This document shows, in pieces, positions 40,301 to 51,500 of a stretch of DNA of 64,000 bases. Below the pieces are notes generated by a model. It was not told where the DNA came from and searched no databases. It saw only the letters and a program-made list of their open reading frames with translations. The position numbers and the translations under genes are program-made. The DNA is from Paraphysomonas bandaiensis. Lineage: Eukaryota; Protista; Chrysophyceae. Each line of letters starts with the position of its first letter. The first letter of the stretch is position 1. The stretch is from contig CBFFRP010000192.1 in assembly GCA_965644295.1 (NCBI GenBank), positions 3,723 through 67,722 on the forward strand. The letters are read 5' to 3'.

Positions 40301-42049
40301 GCTCCATTTATAGCCATACTTACTTCTGCCACAGAAGGTACCATGGTAGAGTCGTCACGGGATCTGCCTCTACGTGTCGTCCGCCTAACTTTACTTGGAG
40401 ACCCATCTGATTTCTGACTAACAGTTGTAGATACTGACGCCCTTCTCTGTCTTCTACGAGTTTTGGGAGCATCCGCAGATAGCACATCCGTACCATTGTT
40501 ACTCTCTTTCTCGGGTATGTCTGATGCTAAAGGTTCTTTTACAACTTGGCCTAAAGCATCTTGGGCTTTAGATGACTTACAAAGGCTGTCACTACTGCCT
40601 GCAGTAGCTTCAAGGGTCTCAACATTACTGCCCTCGACCAATTTAAATGGCACTGCCATGGGATCCCAGTGAATGAAACCGGCATCTTTCTCTTCTGAAT
40701 CAGAATCCGGTTCGACATCAGCACATACAGTATCGCCATCCTTAACTACCCCACCATTACTACCACTACAGGATATCCCACTTTCTGCTACATCACATGA
40801 CACAGAAGAACCGTCGGCTCCACTTATAGCCATACTTTCTTCTGCCACAGAAGGTACCATGGTAGAGTCGTCACGGGATCTGCCTCTACGTGTCGTCCGC
40901 CTAACTTTACTTGGAGACCCATCTGATTTCTGACTAACAGTTGCAGATACTGATGCCCTTCTCTGTCTTCTACGAGTTTTGGGAGCATCCGCAGATAGCA
41001 CATCCGTACCATTGTTACTCTCTTTCTCGGGTATATCTGATGCTAAAGGTTCTTTTACAACTTGGCCTAAAGCATCTTGGGCTTTAGATGACTTACAAAG
41101 GCTGTCACTACTGCCTGCAGTAGCTTCAAGGGTCTCAACATTACTGCCCTCGACCAATTTAAACGGCACTGCCACGGGATCCCAGTGAATGAAACCGGCA
41201 TCTTTCTCTTCTGAATCAGAATCCGGTTCGACATCAGCACATACAGTATCGCCATCCTTAACTACCCCACCATTACTACCGCTACAGGATATCCCACTTT
41301 CTGCTACATCACATGACACAGAAGAACCGTCGGCTCCATTTATAGCCACACTTTCTTCTGCCACAGAAGGTACCATGGTAGAGTCGTCACGGGATCTGCC
41401 TCTACGTGTCGTCCGCCTAACTTTACTTGGAGACCCATCTGATTTCTGACTAACAGTTGTAGATACTGACGCCCTTCTCTGTCTTCTACGAGTTTTGGGA
41501 GCATCCGCAGATAGCACATCCGTACCATTGTTACTCTCTTTCTCGGGTATGTCTGATGCTAAAGGTTCTTTTACAACTTGGCCTAAAGTATCTTGAACTG
41601 TAGTGAACTTTAAATAGCTTTTATGTGGTGTTGCAGCTGCATTACGCGCATTGTTTTGCACGTTATGATCACTGGTTCCTGCAGGAGACTTTTTCAGTTC
41701 CTCGTGGTCGTAGGCTTGTAAAGGGGTAGAGCCTTGTTTACAGACAGGACCACATTTACTTGAAATCGGATCTATATTCTCATCTTTACTCACTGGACAC
41801 CCCTGAAGCTCTGCCACCAAATACAATGATCGCTTCTTTGAAGAATCATCAGACATATGTGTTTCAATCAGATCTTTGAGCTCTCTCCACATCAAATCAC
41901 TTCTATTGCTCCTCTGGAAGATCACATTCTGTGATAACTTGGGAATATGAAACATATCGGTGTTGTTCGAAGGAGTTCTGGCGGATATATCAGACAATAT
42001 TCGGGTTGAATGTGGCATGCAGTGCTTACAGTGTCTGTGCACAAAACGC
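37339..42049 (-). CDS. Hypothetical multi-exon protein with 172-aa Ser/Asp/Arg-rich tandem repeats
   Basis: 1089-codon open exon 38773..42042 plus downstream exons (38316..38573, 37830..38066 and others). Probable last exon ...APICDVCLEVIEDD...KHL*. The true start is unresolved (AG acceptor near 42050). Confidence 0.65.
39852..41596. repeat. 516-bp coding tandem repeat, about 3.3 copies
   Basis: Near-identical shadow ORFs start at 40157, 40673 and 41189 (period 516). In-frame 172-aa repeats in the minus-strand ORF. Confidence 0.95.
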
Positions 42050-42442
42050 TACAATCTGATTAAGAGCTAACGATTAACTCGCAGCACATACACAGAATGA
42101 TATATACAAAGCACTAATGAGTGCATACTCATGTCCACTCGGCTAATGGTAAGAAATGTATGAGTAAAGCTACAGCATTTGTATACGAATACCAGGAGAA
42201 TACGAATAAAACAGTACGAAAAAATAACACAACCTGCATACGTATATGTCTTGCAGGCATACAATACAATACGGCTATCGGCGATCAACGACTACTTTAT
42301 TTTGATTAAACGAATTAAGTCGCCTCTGTTGAAATACAATAGCGATGATTGGATGGCTGATTTATCGCTGCAGTTGGATTAAAACCCGAAGAAGTATGAA
42401 AATTAAAACCTCAATTTTTTGGAGTTGGAGTTGTGTAAATTA

Positions 42443-42538
42443 TTTGGCACGCGGTTGTGAAAAACAGTCATTTTAGTGCCTCTCATCGACATGACAAGTA
42501 GACTTTTTTGGCACGCGGTTGTGAAAAACAGTCATTTT
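42443..42538. repeat. Perfect 32-bp direct repeat pair separated by 32 bp
   Basis: TTTGGCACGCGGTTGTGAAAAACAGTCATTTT at 42443..42474 and 42507..42538. Confidence 0.9.
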
Positions 42539-43296
42539 TCATCCCCCAAAAACCTCCCGGTTCCACTTGACCTCTCGCACCCCATATGCTATCCAGATAT
42601 ACAGTATTACCTCTCTTTGGTGCTTTTAAACTCTACATATCGCTATTTATGGAAATGTTAATGGAGCAATCAGCTAATATTGAAATGGAGCAAGACACAA
42701 CAGTTGGAGAATTAGGGTTGCAAACAGAGTTGGAGGGCAAGGTCTTTCACACCCATACTTGTCCACGACTAAGGGAACAATATGTATTCTAGGCTGCTTA
42801 ATCCAAGCTAGGAATGCAAGTTAACCGCGGCGAGAGAAATATTGTTGGAAAGGCGCTATAGCATATCATTGAAGTGAGTGGCGTGCTGGTGAGTGTAAGA
42901 CCAACCCAGTGTGAACACAACTCTCAGAGAATATCCAGAACAATCCGACTCCAGTCGAACGCACTGGCCACTCTGCCCAACCCAGGGAAAGGAAGGTCAG
43001 AAATGTTTTGTGTGTCTCTAGCTATCCCAAAACTTGTGCTCACCAGGCTTGAACAATACCTTAGAATTATCTTAGCTCAGTGTCAAGACACTTGTCAGTC
43101 GAAGTAGATCGTAAAGAGTGTATCGTACACTGCAATACAGGTAGTAGCATAGCGGTACGACGTATAAGGATGTAGAGATAATAATGACAATGTTAGTATA
43201 CAGTGTAGTATGTAGTACAAGTATAGTCATCTTATAGGATAAAATGGATGTGAAAATCTTCATAAAGATACTGTGTACATTACACTTCGTTGCAAC

Positions 43297-43463
43297 ACAG
43301 TTATGTGGGATTCTTACCCACTAAAACACACCCTTAACCTTTCTTGAACCGCTTCTTCTGATTCTTCTCAACTTCATTTGAAATGCTCCTCTTTTCCCCT
43401 GTGATAGTTTCTTCTTGGAGTTTAAAGAGCATTGTAGATAACGCTTTTGTAAATATGTCGGCC
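43297..43463 (-). mobile_element. Copia A-related RNase H C-terminus plus 3' UTR fragment
   Basis: ADIFTKALSTMLFKLQEETITGEKRSISNEVEKNQKKRFKKG* versus Copia A ADIFTKALSTKIFSRHEKTITGVKRSVSNSVEEQQKKRPRRG*. The UTR matches 36301..36343. Confidence 0.85.
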
Positions 43464-43808
43464 GTACGTATAACAGTAGCTGAGTATGCGTGTACATATG
43501 TACTAATGTAGGAGGTATGATGAGTAGTAGGCAGGTACGATTACAGGGATAGTATTACGATAACTGTAGAGGTTCGACGGTGATAAGTATGACATGGGTG
43601 CTTAAGTGTAGAGCCAGCTTGTAAGTGCAAGATTGCTATGTTGAGTCACCCTTTTAAGGTTATGAAGTGATAATAATCATTATTTAAGTAATTATCAGGG
43701 CCTAGGGATCTGTTTAATAGTATCTAACAGGCACTCTATAAGATAAGACGTCTTAGCACGTAGTAAGAAGTTATCCGCGGGTATGAACACAAGGTACTAA
43801 CCTGAGCG

Positions 43809-45071
43809 ATGTTGAGATCTGAAGATTCTATATACTTCAAAATAAGGCCGGGGGAAAAGGTGTCTGTTGGGGTAGATCGACTGAACGGTATAATCCAGAA
43901 GCTCATAAAATTGGGACAACCGCAGACAGAGGCAAGTAAATTAGCAAAGATAAAAGCAGCGCTGCAGATAGAGGAATTACATGATTTATGGATGTCGGTA
44001 GCGATGATGCCTAAAGCAACAACTACATTTGATTCGGTGAAAGAAGCTTGTGAAGAGTATGACGAGGCTATGACGCAGCTGAAGAAACTAAAGGGAGACA
44101 AGTCTGAAGAGATCAATTTTACAGCGTCGAAGGAGCCAGTGGTTTGTTCATTTTGTCGGAAGAAGGGACATGTAGCAGCGAATTGTTATGCTAAGGAACG
44201 ACAAAGAAAAATGGATAAGTTCAAAAGAAAAGGGAAGACAAAGGAAAAGGCTTCGAAGAGTGTGCAGCAGCCAGGATCAAAGGATTATACTGGTTGTCAT
44301 ATCTGTGGAGATTTTAGTCACAAAGCCCGACAGTGCAAGTCGAGAAAACGGAAGAACATAAAAAACCCGGATAATGAGAATCCTCGAAAATCGAACAGGA
44401 AATTCGAGACAGAATGGAAGAAATACGTCAACGACGGAGAGTCGTCGGATGATGAAGCGAATATGTTTGGAGAAGAGGTTTTGCTATCGGTGGATACGTC
44501 GGAAGAACCTCGTGTATATCTGGACAGTTGTGCAAGTAAAAGACTGTTTATAGTAAAGGATAAAGTTGCACTGGAGTCATTTACTCCTGAGTTTGGGGCA
44601 ATCCAACTAACTAGAAAGGGTTCTCAATTGGAGACACAGGGAACTGGTACATTCGGGGAATGGAGAGACATCAGAGTTAGTGAAGAAGCGGTGAAGAACA
44701 TTGTGTCAGGAGGAATGCTGAGATCAATGGGATACGGATTACAACTGCTCCGAAAGCCTAAAATCGTGGAATTGGACTCTGGAAACGAGGTGTTGACTGG
44801 AGAGTACGATGAGCATGGAGGAATGCCGTATGTGGACTTGATGGAGGTGTTAAATCTGCCAAATGTGTCTATGAGCAATCAGATGGAGGAGGTAAATTTG
44901 TCGGATAATACAGGACAAGATGCGTTGGATCGCTTACATGAGCGTACTGGACATGTCTCGAAATCGAAGTTAAATAGAAGCTCACCGACACATGTTATTC
45001 AGAGGATCAGGACTACAACGACATCACCTTTCGAATGCAAAGGAGAAGAGTTGCAAGAAACCCCTGTGTAA
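43809..45071 (+). CDS. Copia B truncated gag-protease
   Basis: CSFCRKKGHVAANC, CHICGDFSHKARQC, YLDSCASK, LHERTGH. Confidence 0.85.
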   Translation: MLRSEDSIYFKIRPGEKVSVGVDRLNGIIQKLIKLGQPQTEASKLAKIKAALQIEELHDLWMSVAMMPKATTTFDSVKEACEEYDEAMTQLKKLKGDKSEEINFTASKEPVVCSFCRKKGHVAANCYAKERQRKMDKFKRKGKTKEKASKSVQQPGSKDYTGCHICGDFSHKARQCKSRKRKNIKNPDNENPRKSNRKFETEWKKYVNDGESSDDEANMFGEEVLLSVDTSEEPRVYLDSCASKRLFIVKDKVALESFTPEFGAIQLTRKGSQLETQGTGTFGEWRDIRVSEEAVKNIVSGGMLRSMGYGLQLLRKPKIVELDSGNEVLTGEYDEHGGMPYVDLMEVLNLPNVSMSNQMEEVNLSDNTGQDALDRLHERTGHVSKSKLNRSSPTHVIQRIRTTTTSPFECKGEELQETPV

Positions 45072-48000
45072 ATGGTGTGCCAAGGCGAAGATAACCAGGC
45101 ATTCGTCCAAATCACGGGACAACGAAGAGCTAAGCGCAGTCAGGTTTCTGGAAAGAGTGACAGCGGACATCTCAGTCTATCTCAATTGTGAATCCCGACA
45201 AGGGTATAAGTACGTGCTCCTATTTACGGACTTGGCAACGAAGATGATATAGGAATATGGTTTGAGGACTCGAAGCGGAGAGGAGGTGTTCAAATGTCTA
45301 CGACACTTGTGCGAGGTCCACTTAGTGAAGTACGAGGGGTGGAACCGTATAGTGGAGTATCATGCCGATGGAGGATCCGAACTTATTAGTCAGCAGATAA
45401 GAGAGTATCTGTTGCAGCGATATGGGACTCGGGTGTCACATACAACACGAGACACGCCAGAGCTCAACGCGGTGTCTGAGAGGAAATTCCGAACAATTGG
45501 GGAGATGACACTGACGATGTTGACGGCATCTGGACTTCCAAAGTCGTTCTGGTTTGATGCTTATCAAACTGCATGTTACATTGTGCGACGAATGCCAACT
45601 CGGACGTGGCAAGGATGGATGTCTCCATATGAGTGTGTCCCAGGGGGGAGCGTTCCCAGCCTATCGTGGCTACGGAAATGGGGGTGCAAAGCATATGTGC
45701 TAACACCCAAGGCCGACAGGAGGAAGGACTGGGAGGACAAAGCAATGACAGGTTATTTCATAGGGTATCCAGCTGATCGAAAAGGATACAAGGTGCTAGT
45801 GGGGGACACCGTAGTACACTCTGTACATGTATTATTTGATGAATCGGTACCTGAGAGGTCACAGGATTATTATAGAGAGCTGGAGGAGGCTCAAGTGGCT
45901 ATAGATCCCGAGGCTCATCAACCGGGTGAGTTTGAGTATCTTATCGGAAAGCACCATGAGGATGGTGGTCTGCTATACAAGACTAACAGAGTGGTGATAA
46001 GGAAGGGACTTATTGTGGGATACCGGTCGTTGGTTACTGGTAACCAAGTTCAAGTGGAGGATAAAACTCCTATTCATATTGCTGACATCAAGAAGATGAC
46101 AGAGGATCTTGCGCAGAGGGTGGTTAGGGCCAGAGTTACTGACAACCGTGACGGCGGTATCAGCGGAGTGGTGCCACAGCAGTCGGAAAGTGGGCAGGTG
46201 CAGCCCCAGGCTGACTCAGCATTACCTTCGGGGGAAGGGACCCCTGCCGAGAATCATCCGCACGGCAAACGCGCAAGAACTCCAAGGACGGTAACGAATG
46301 TATCGGTGTTAGGACAAATCCATCATTTGAGTGATGAGAGTGATGTGAATGACCTTTTACAGGAGGCAGACTCAGTGTGGATGTCAACGGAAGAGTCGAC
46401 AGTGCCTCAGACACATCGTGAGTCCTTGGAGAGTGCCGAGCACAGGGAGTGGAGACGAGCTCGCCGTGTAGAGCGAGAGGGTTTGGCGAAGCGAGATACC
46501 ATGGAGGTGACTCGTATACCGGACGGAGTCATCCCACTGCACTCCAAGTACGTCTATGGAAAGAAGTACGATAAGGAGGGAGAGGTCCGCCGATATAAGG
46601 CTCGTCTTGTAGCAATCGGTTGTGGACAGCAGTCGAGTGGTTGGGCGAACCATTTCGCACCCATTGTTAAGGGGGTAACAGTGCGACTGTTAATCGCCAT
46701 AGCCTTCGTGATGAACATGGTAATTCATCAACTGGATGTGTCTAACGCATTTCTATATGCAGATATAGAGGGGGACGTATATATGAAGGCAACTCCGGAC
46801 TTTCAGCTGCCTGAGGGGTACTGCTTTAAGTTGAAGAAGTCGTTATACGGGCTTCGGAGTTCCCCGCGGTCGTGGTGGAAAACATTGGATAAATTCATAC
46901 GATCTATGCATTTTAAACCATGTGTATTAGACCCGTGTTTGTATTATCAGTATAAGGGCGATGAATTGATATTATTAACGATATATGTAGATGATATCCT
47001 AGTGTTAGGTCGTGATGTCAACAGAGTGAAGGATATTAAAGCTCAACTGTGTGCCCGGTTTGATATGAAGGATATGGGCGAGATGGAACATTTTCTGAAT
47101 GTTCGAGTCACAAGAACGCCAGAGTATATTCGTCTTGACCAATCAGTCTATGCGGCTAAGATCTTAGAAAAGTTTGAAAAGTATCTTGGGCCACCGCGAA
47201 AGGTACGGAAGAGTCCTCTACCGACGGAAGCAATGGATTTAGTGGCAAAAGGGGCGCGGCATGAGCATACCGAGGAGGAACAGCTTATAGTAGATAACTT
47301 TCCATATCGGCCGCTGATAGGTGCATTACTATATCTATCGATGAACACGAGGCCGGATATTGCCTATGCAGTGGGAGTACTGTCTCGGTTCAGTAATAAG
47401 GTGAATATTGAAGTATGCAAGCTATTAACACACGTATGGCAATATATTCGTGGTTCTATTGACAAAGGGATTCAATATGGGAGTAGACGGTTCGACTTCC
47501 ATATGTTTACTGACGCGGATTGGGCGGGAGACCAGATCTCCAGGAAGTCCACGTCGGGGTACGTTGGGTTTGCAGCGGGAGGGCCTATAGTCTGGCAGTC
47601 CAAACTGCAGACGACAGTGGCAACGTCAAGCATGCAGTCTGAGTATCAATGTATTTACTCGGGTCTCCAAGAAGTGCTATGGGTTCGGGGGGTGACGGGT
47701 GAGATTAAGTTGAGGCTCATCAAACCCACACCATTCTTCATCGACAGTCAGAGTGCCCAGGATTTGGCCGAAAACCCAGTATTTCACAAGAAGTCGAAGC
47801 ACATTGAGATTAAGTATCACATGGTGAGAGAGCACGTGGATCCCAATCAGTTCAATACGATTAAGTTAGTGCATGTGCATACATCGCAACAAGCAGCAGA
47901 TATTTATACAAAGTCATTGGTTGGTTTATCATATATGGAGCAGAGAAAGAGAAATCTTGGAGAGAAAATTAAGAGTTCCACTGAAGTGATTAATGAGGGA

Positions 48001-48450
48001 CCAAGGGATAAAAGAAGACGCAAGTAGGTACTGAGTTTTTTAGACAGAGGTTTAGACTTAGAGATGAGTCTATTTTACTGTCAAGAATTTTTTTATCTCA
48101 GGCATTCAATAGCTGGGAGGCGTCATAGTACAACACTCAATTGAGGGGGAGTGTTGAGATCTGAAGATTCTATATACTTGCAATTGAGTGCAGTATTATG
48201 TGAGATGCAAGGATCGAAAGATATGTATGTAATTAGTACATTATATTGTGTAGTATGAAACTGAAGTAGAAGTGGGTGACTATACAGGATACGATCACTG
48301 AGTGTGTGGTTTGTACACTATAGTAGTAAATGAATGGTGTTGAACACATCGAACACAACTTAGGTTCTTTATCATGTAATGTTTATAATTTTCATCTTAT
48401 CATTTGAGAATAGTAAACCTTAGCAAATAATGTCAACTTCTGTTAAAACA
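43810..48450 (+). mobile_element. Near-complete Copia B LTR retrotransposon (5' deletion, one frameshift, one nonsense codon)
   Basis: 28 nt of 5' LTR; gag with two CCHC knuckles; protease YLDSCAS; HHCC; integrase (TADIS, HADGG, VSERK); RT (IYVDDIL); RNase H (FTDADWAGD); PPT TGAGGGGGAG; LTR from 48152. Frameshift near 44970 and TAG at 45250..45252. Confidence 0.95.
45262..48027 (+). CDS. Copia B integrase, extra ~60-aa domain, RT and RNase H
   Basis: 921-codon ORF in Copia IN-RT-RH order with all catalytic motifs downstream of the first integrase Asp. Confidence 0.93.
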   Translation: MRTRSGEEVFKCLRHLCEVHLVKYEGWNRIVEYHADGGSELISQQIREYLLQRYGTRVSHTTRDTPELNAVSERKFRTIGEMTLTMLTASGLPKSFWFDAYQTACYIVRRMPTRTWQGWMSPYECVPGGSVPSLSWLRKWGCKAYVLTPKADRRKDWEDKAMTGYFIGYPADRKGYKVLVGDTVVHSVHVLFDESVPERSQDYYRELEEAQVAIDPEAHQPGEFEYLIGKHHEDGGLLYKTNRVVIRKGLIVGYRSLVTGNQVQVEDKTPIHIADIKKMTEDLAQRVVRARVTDNRDGGISGVVPQQSESGQVQPQADSALPSGEGTPAENHPHGKRARTPRTVTNVSVLGQIHHLSDESDVNDLLQEADSVWMSTEESTVPQTHRESLESAEHREWRRARRVEREGLAKRDTMEVTRIPDGVIPLHSKYVYGKKYDKEGEVRRYKARLVAIGCGQQSSGWANHFAPIVKGVTVRLLIAIAFVMNMVIHQLDVSNAFLYADIEGDVYMKATPDFQLPEGYCFKLKKSLYGLRSSPRSWWKTLDKFIRSMHFKPCVLDPCLYYQYKGDELILLTIYVDDILVLGRDVNRVKDIKAQLCARFDMKDMGEMEHFLNVRVTRTPEYIRLDQSVYAAKILEKFEKYLGPPRKVRKSPLPTEAMDLVAKGARHEHTEEEQLIVDNFPYRPLIGALLYLSMNTRPDIAYAVGVLSRFSNKVNIEVCKLLTHVWQYIRGSIDKGIQYGSRRFDFHMFTDADWAGDQISRKSTSGYVGFAAGGPIVWQSKLQTTVATSSMQSEYQCIYSGLQEVLWVRGVTGEIKLRLIKPTPFFIDSQSAQDLAENPVFHKKSKHIEIKYHMVREHVDPNQFNTIKLVHVHTSQQAADIYTKSLVGLSYMEQRKRNLGEKIKSSTEVINEGPRDKRRRK

Positions 48451-48536
48451 CACATAAGTGAACACGCTAATGTACATTAGAAATACTTTTATATATATTC
48501 AAGCACCATTTAAAAACATGAAATAACAACTATTAC

Positions 48537-51500
48537 TTAAGTTATGTGTTTAGTTGACTTAATTGGAGGCATAGTTTGCGATAGCTTTGGTTTCGAAATT
48601 GCGCCCCAACCTGGATTAACAGCCAAATGTTTTCGGTACGTCTTTTTCTGTGTTTGTACAAATGTGAAATCATCACGAACAATAATAGAATTCGCTACTG
48701 CATTTGGAATCTTATCCTCGGCACGAACGCGCTGAGTTACATCCCTTTTTCCTAGGGAGGGTGTCACAAGATCCTCCCTGGCACTAGTAGATGCTTTACT
48801 TGACCTCAGTAGTTCATCATTGTCATCAACTACATTCAAAAGTGTATCCATTTCAGAAGCTACAACGGCATTGCGTTGTTTCGCCAATCGTATCCTTTCC
48901 TGGTCAGCATCAGATAGCTTGAACACCTCGCTACTCGATGATTTGCCCCCGAGGTGCTCCTTCAATGACTCCAGCGACATTTTTTCTAATAAATTTGACT
49001 TATACCTTGCAGCACCAATTTTTTGTCGAAAATTCTTGCAAACAGTTGCACTCAATTGGAAACGCGGTAGTTTTCTGTCAGCTGCTTCATCTAGCTTTTC
49101 TATTCGGGCTTCAAGCTGTAGCCGCTTCTGTTCCATCTCGATAAGCGCATCTTTCTGGTCCTTTATATTGTCATGGAACTCCTTCTTCAATTGTCGGAGT
49201 TGGGGGCCAAGTAGCGCTTTTCCGTACCAAGGTTTCAAGCGCTCAGAAGCCTCAGTGGCTGCTAAAGTACCTTCTGCACCAGCGAGGCGTGCATCTAATA
49301 TTTCCAGCTCAACTTGAGCAACATGACATAAATCATACAATTTCGCGACCAGATTAGCATCATCAGGGGCAGCAACTAATGATTTACACAAACTTTCCAA
49401 AAACCATCGCGTAAGACCGGTCAATATATTAATGCTAGTAAACCAATGATATACTGGATCTCTCCGGTGTTTCATTGAACTCCATACCCTCCTTGCAAAC
49501 CCCAAAGCCCGAACTTGTGCAGCTTTTATTTCCACTGATCTCATTCGTACAACATCAAAAAATTGCTCCTCAGAAGGGCTTAGTGTAATATCTGGCTCCG
49601 CACCATCATCATCTAACTCTACAGAGCATTCTGACTGTAGATCACTTAAGTGTCTCTCCAACTCTTCTTTCTTATTAAAAGATACACTTGTTGGCTGTGA
49701 TGACACAATAGGAGGAAATACCGTTGCGCCCGGCTCTTCATCGTTCTCATTTTCTGGTACAGTTTCAGCTCTATTGCGTTTCGTTGAACATGACAGCTCG
49801 CCCACCCAATTGTAACTGAATATATGTTGTAGAGTTACTTTCCTTGTAACAATACTCATACAAGTAGCTCTGACAGATGTTTCAGTTCCACCAAACCCTA
49901 TGATATAGTCCCACGGCATACCAGGATAGAGAGATTCCTTCCAACCTCCAGGCTTATAGCGTCCATCTTTCGCATCCAACTCCGCCATACTAGAAGACAA
50001 ACGGTATTTCTTCGACAGCTGATTAGCCCTGTTTCCTAACCATCGAGACCAACCATTATAAAAAGTCTTGAATCGAATTCCAGTCATAACGTTTCCTTCA
50101 GCTATATACTCAACTTCAACTAGAAAGTCGTTAGGTTTCATAACAAACTCAAGCTGTGTTATACCAGAACCACTGATTTTACCTCGCACAGGAGATTCCA
50201 TTGGAATGCAACAATCAGCCCCCCAAAACAATTGCCAACCAACAATTCCCAATCCATGCTGCACAGCAACCTTAATTTTGATTAGGTTATAGCCTGCTGG
50301 AACGCTGACTTTATCAGGAGTGGATATTTTCGGATCGGAGAATCTTTCACCAGGAATGGTATTCATTTTGGACTTTACTTTCACATCTTTGTACACAAAG
50401 GTGCCTCTTTTTTCAAAGGCACTTAAAAGCAGCTTCTGCTCAGTCATTAATCGTGTCGCAACATCAGCACTTATGACATTAACAAACTTCCTGAAAGTCA
50501 GCGACTTTTTCGCAACTTTTTTCAATAATACTTGGCATTTGGTCTGATGCTTTGTCACTATTACAGACAAGCTGCGTCGTCTTAAGGCAAAAAATCGTTT
50601 GGATATCTGCTCTAAGTCTGCAAGGGCTCTCACATATGCGTAGCAGTGAATCTTTTTACGAACATCATATGAAACTTTGAGCGAAATATTCGTGCGAATA
50701 CACCAAAAGCACTTCTCGAGCACTCGTAATCTGTGAAACACTTTAACTTTCTGGGTTATTAAGTTAAATACCTTCATATCCTATATCACAATTACTCAGT
50801 TGTAAATAGAGTACCACAAAAGTATGATATTACCTGAGTCCATTCTTTCCATCGCAAAAATATAGCTATAGAGTCGTGAGTTGATTCTTTCAATCTGCCA
50901 TTTCGAGGATAAACGGTTGGAATAAACTGGCGCTTGACGAGGAGATTGTTAAATGACGATCGCTTTTCCCATCTACTCTTCAACAAAGATATCAAACCAC
51001 TAGAGCAATCCAAATTCTCCTTTTCAAAAAACTAATGACACCATAAAAAAAGTATAGCAAATTTACACATGAAAACCTTCAACCAGCGATTAAAAACCAT
51101 CCACTTTAATTTCATGCTTCGAAAAAGAGGCACCTTACTGTAGAGCACATTGAGTCTACAAGCAACACGAATATCATAAAAGTAAGAAATGCTTATACAG
51201 ACCATACCGTTTGCAAATACGAATCCAGTTAACCAGTCGCTTTCTATTTAGCATGTGAATGCTTCTTAAAAGCAGCAAAGGCATACGAAGGCGACGGAAA
51301 TACTGTCTCTTTTGTGCTACAATCATTGTGTGTACAACTTCACCATGAATCTATGTACAAGTTGGGATAAGATATAGCTAGCAGCGTAGTAGTGATGACG
51401 TTTACACCTTATACAATACGTCAACCATATTAGATGCCATTCGAACTTTGAATCCAGACACATAGTCCAGCTCTCGCAGAATACTCTTTTCCGTTCTCAA

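Noticed and set aside
42443-42538. CRISPR-like repeat-spacer-repeat
   Set aside because: Only two repeats, no cas genes, eukaryotic context.
44515-44540. Protease motif DSC instead of DSG as a novel catalytic type
   Set aside because: Single, otherwise defective copy; a family trait cannot be distinguished from a point mutation without other copies.
44960-45252. Programmed frameshift or stop read-through in Copia B
   Set aside because: The extra A falls inside the integrase HHCC region and the TAG sits where Trp (TGG) is expected, so inactivating mutations or sequencing errors are more likely.
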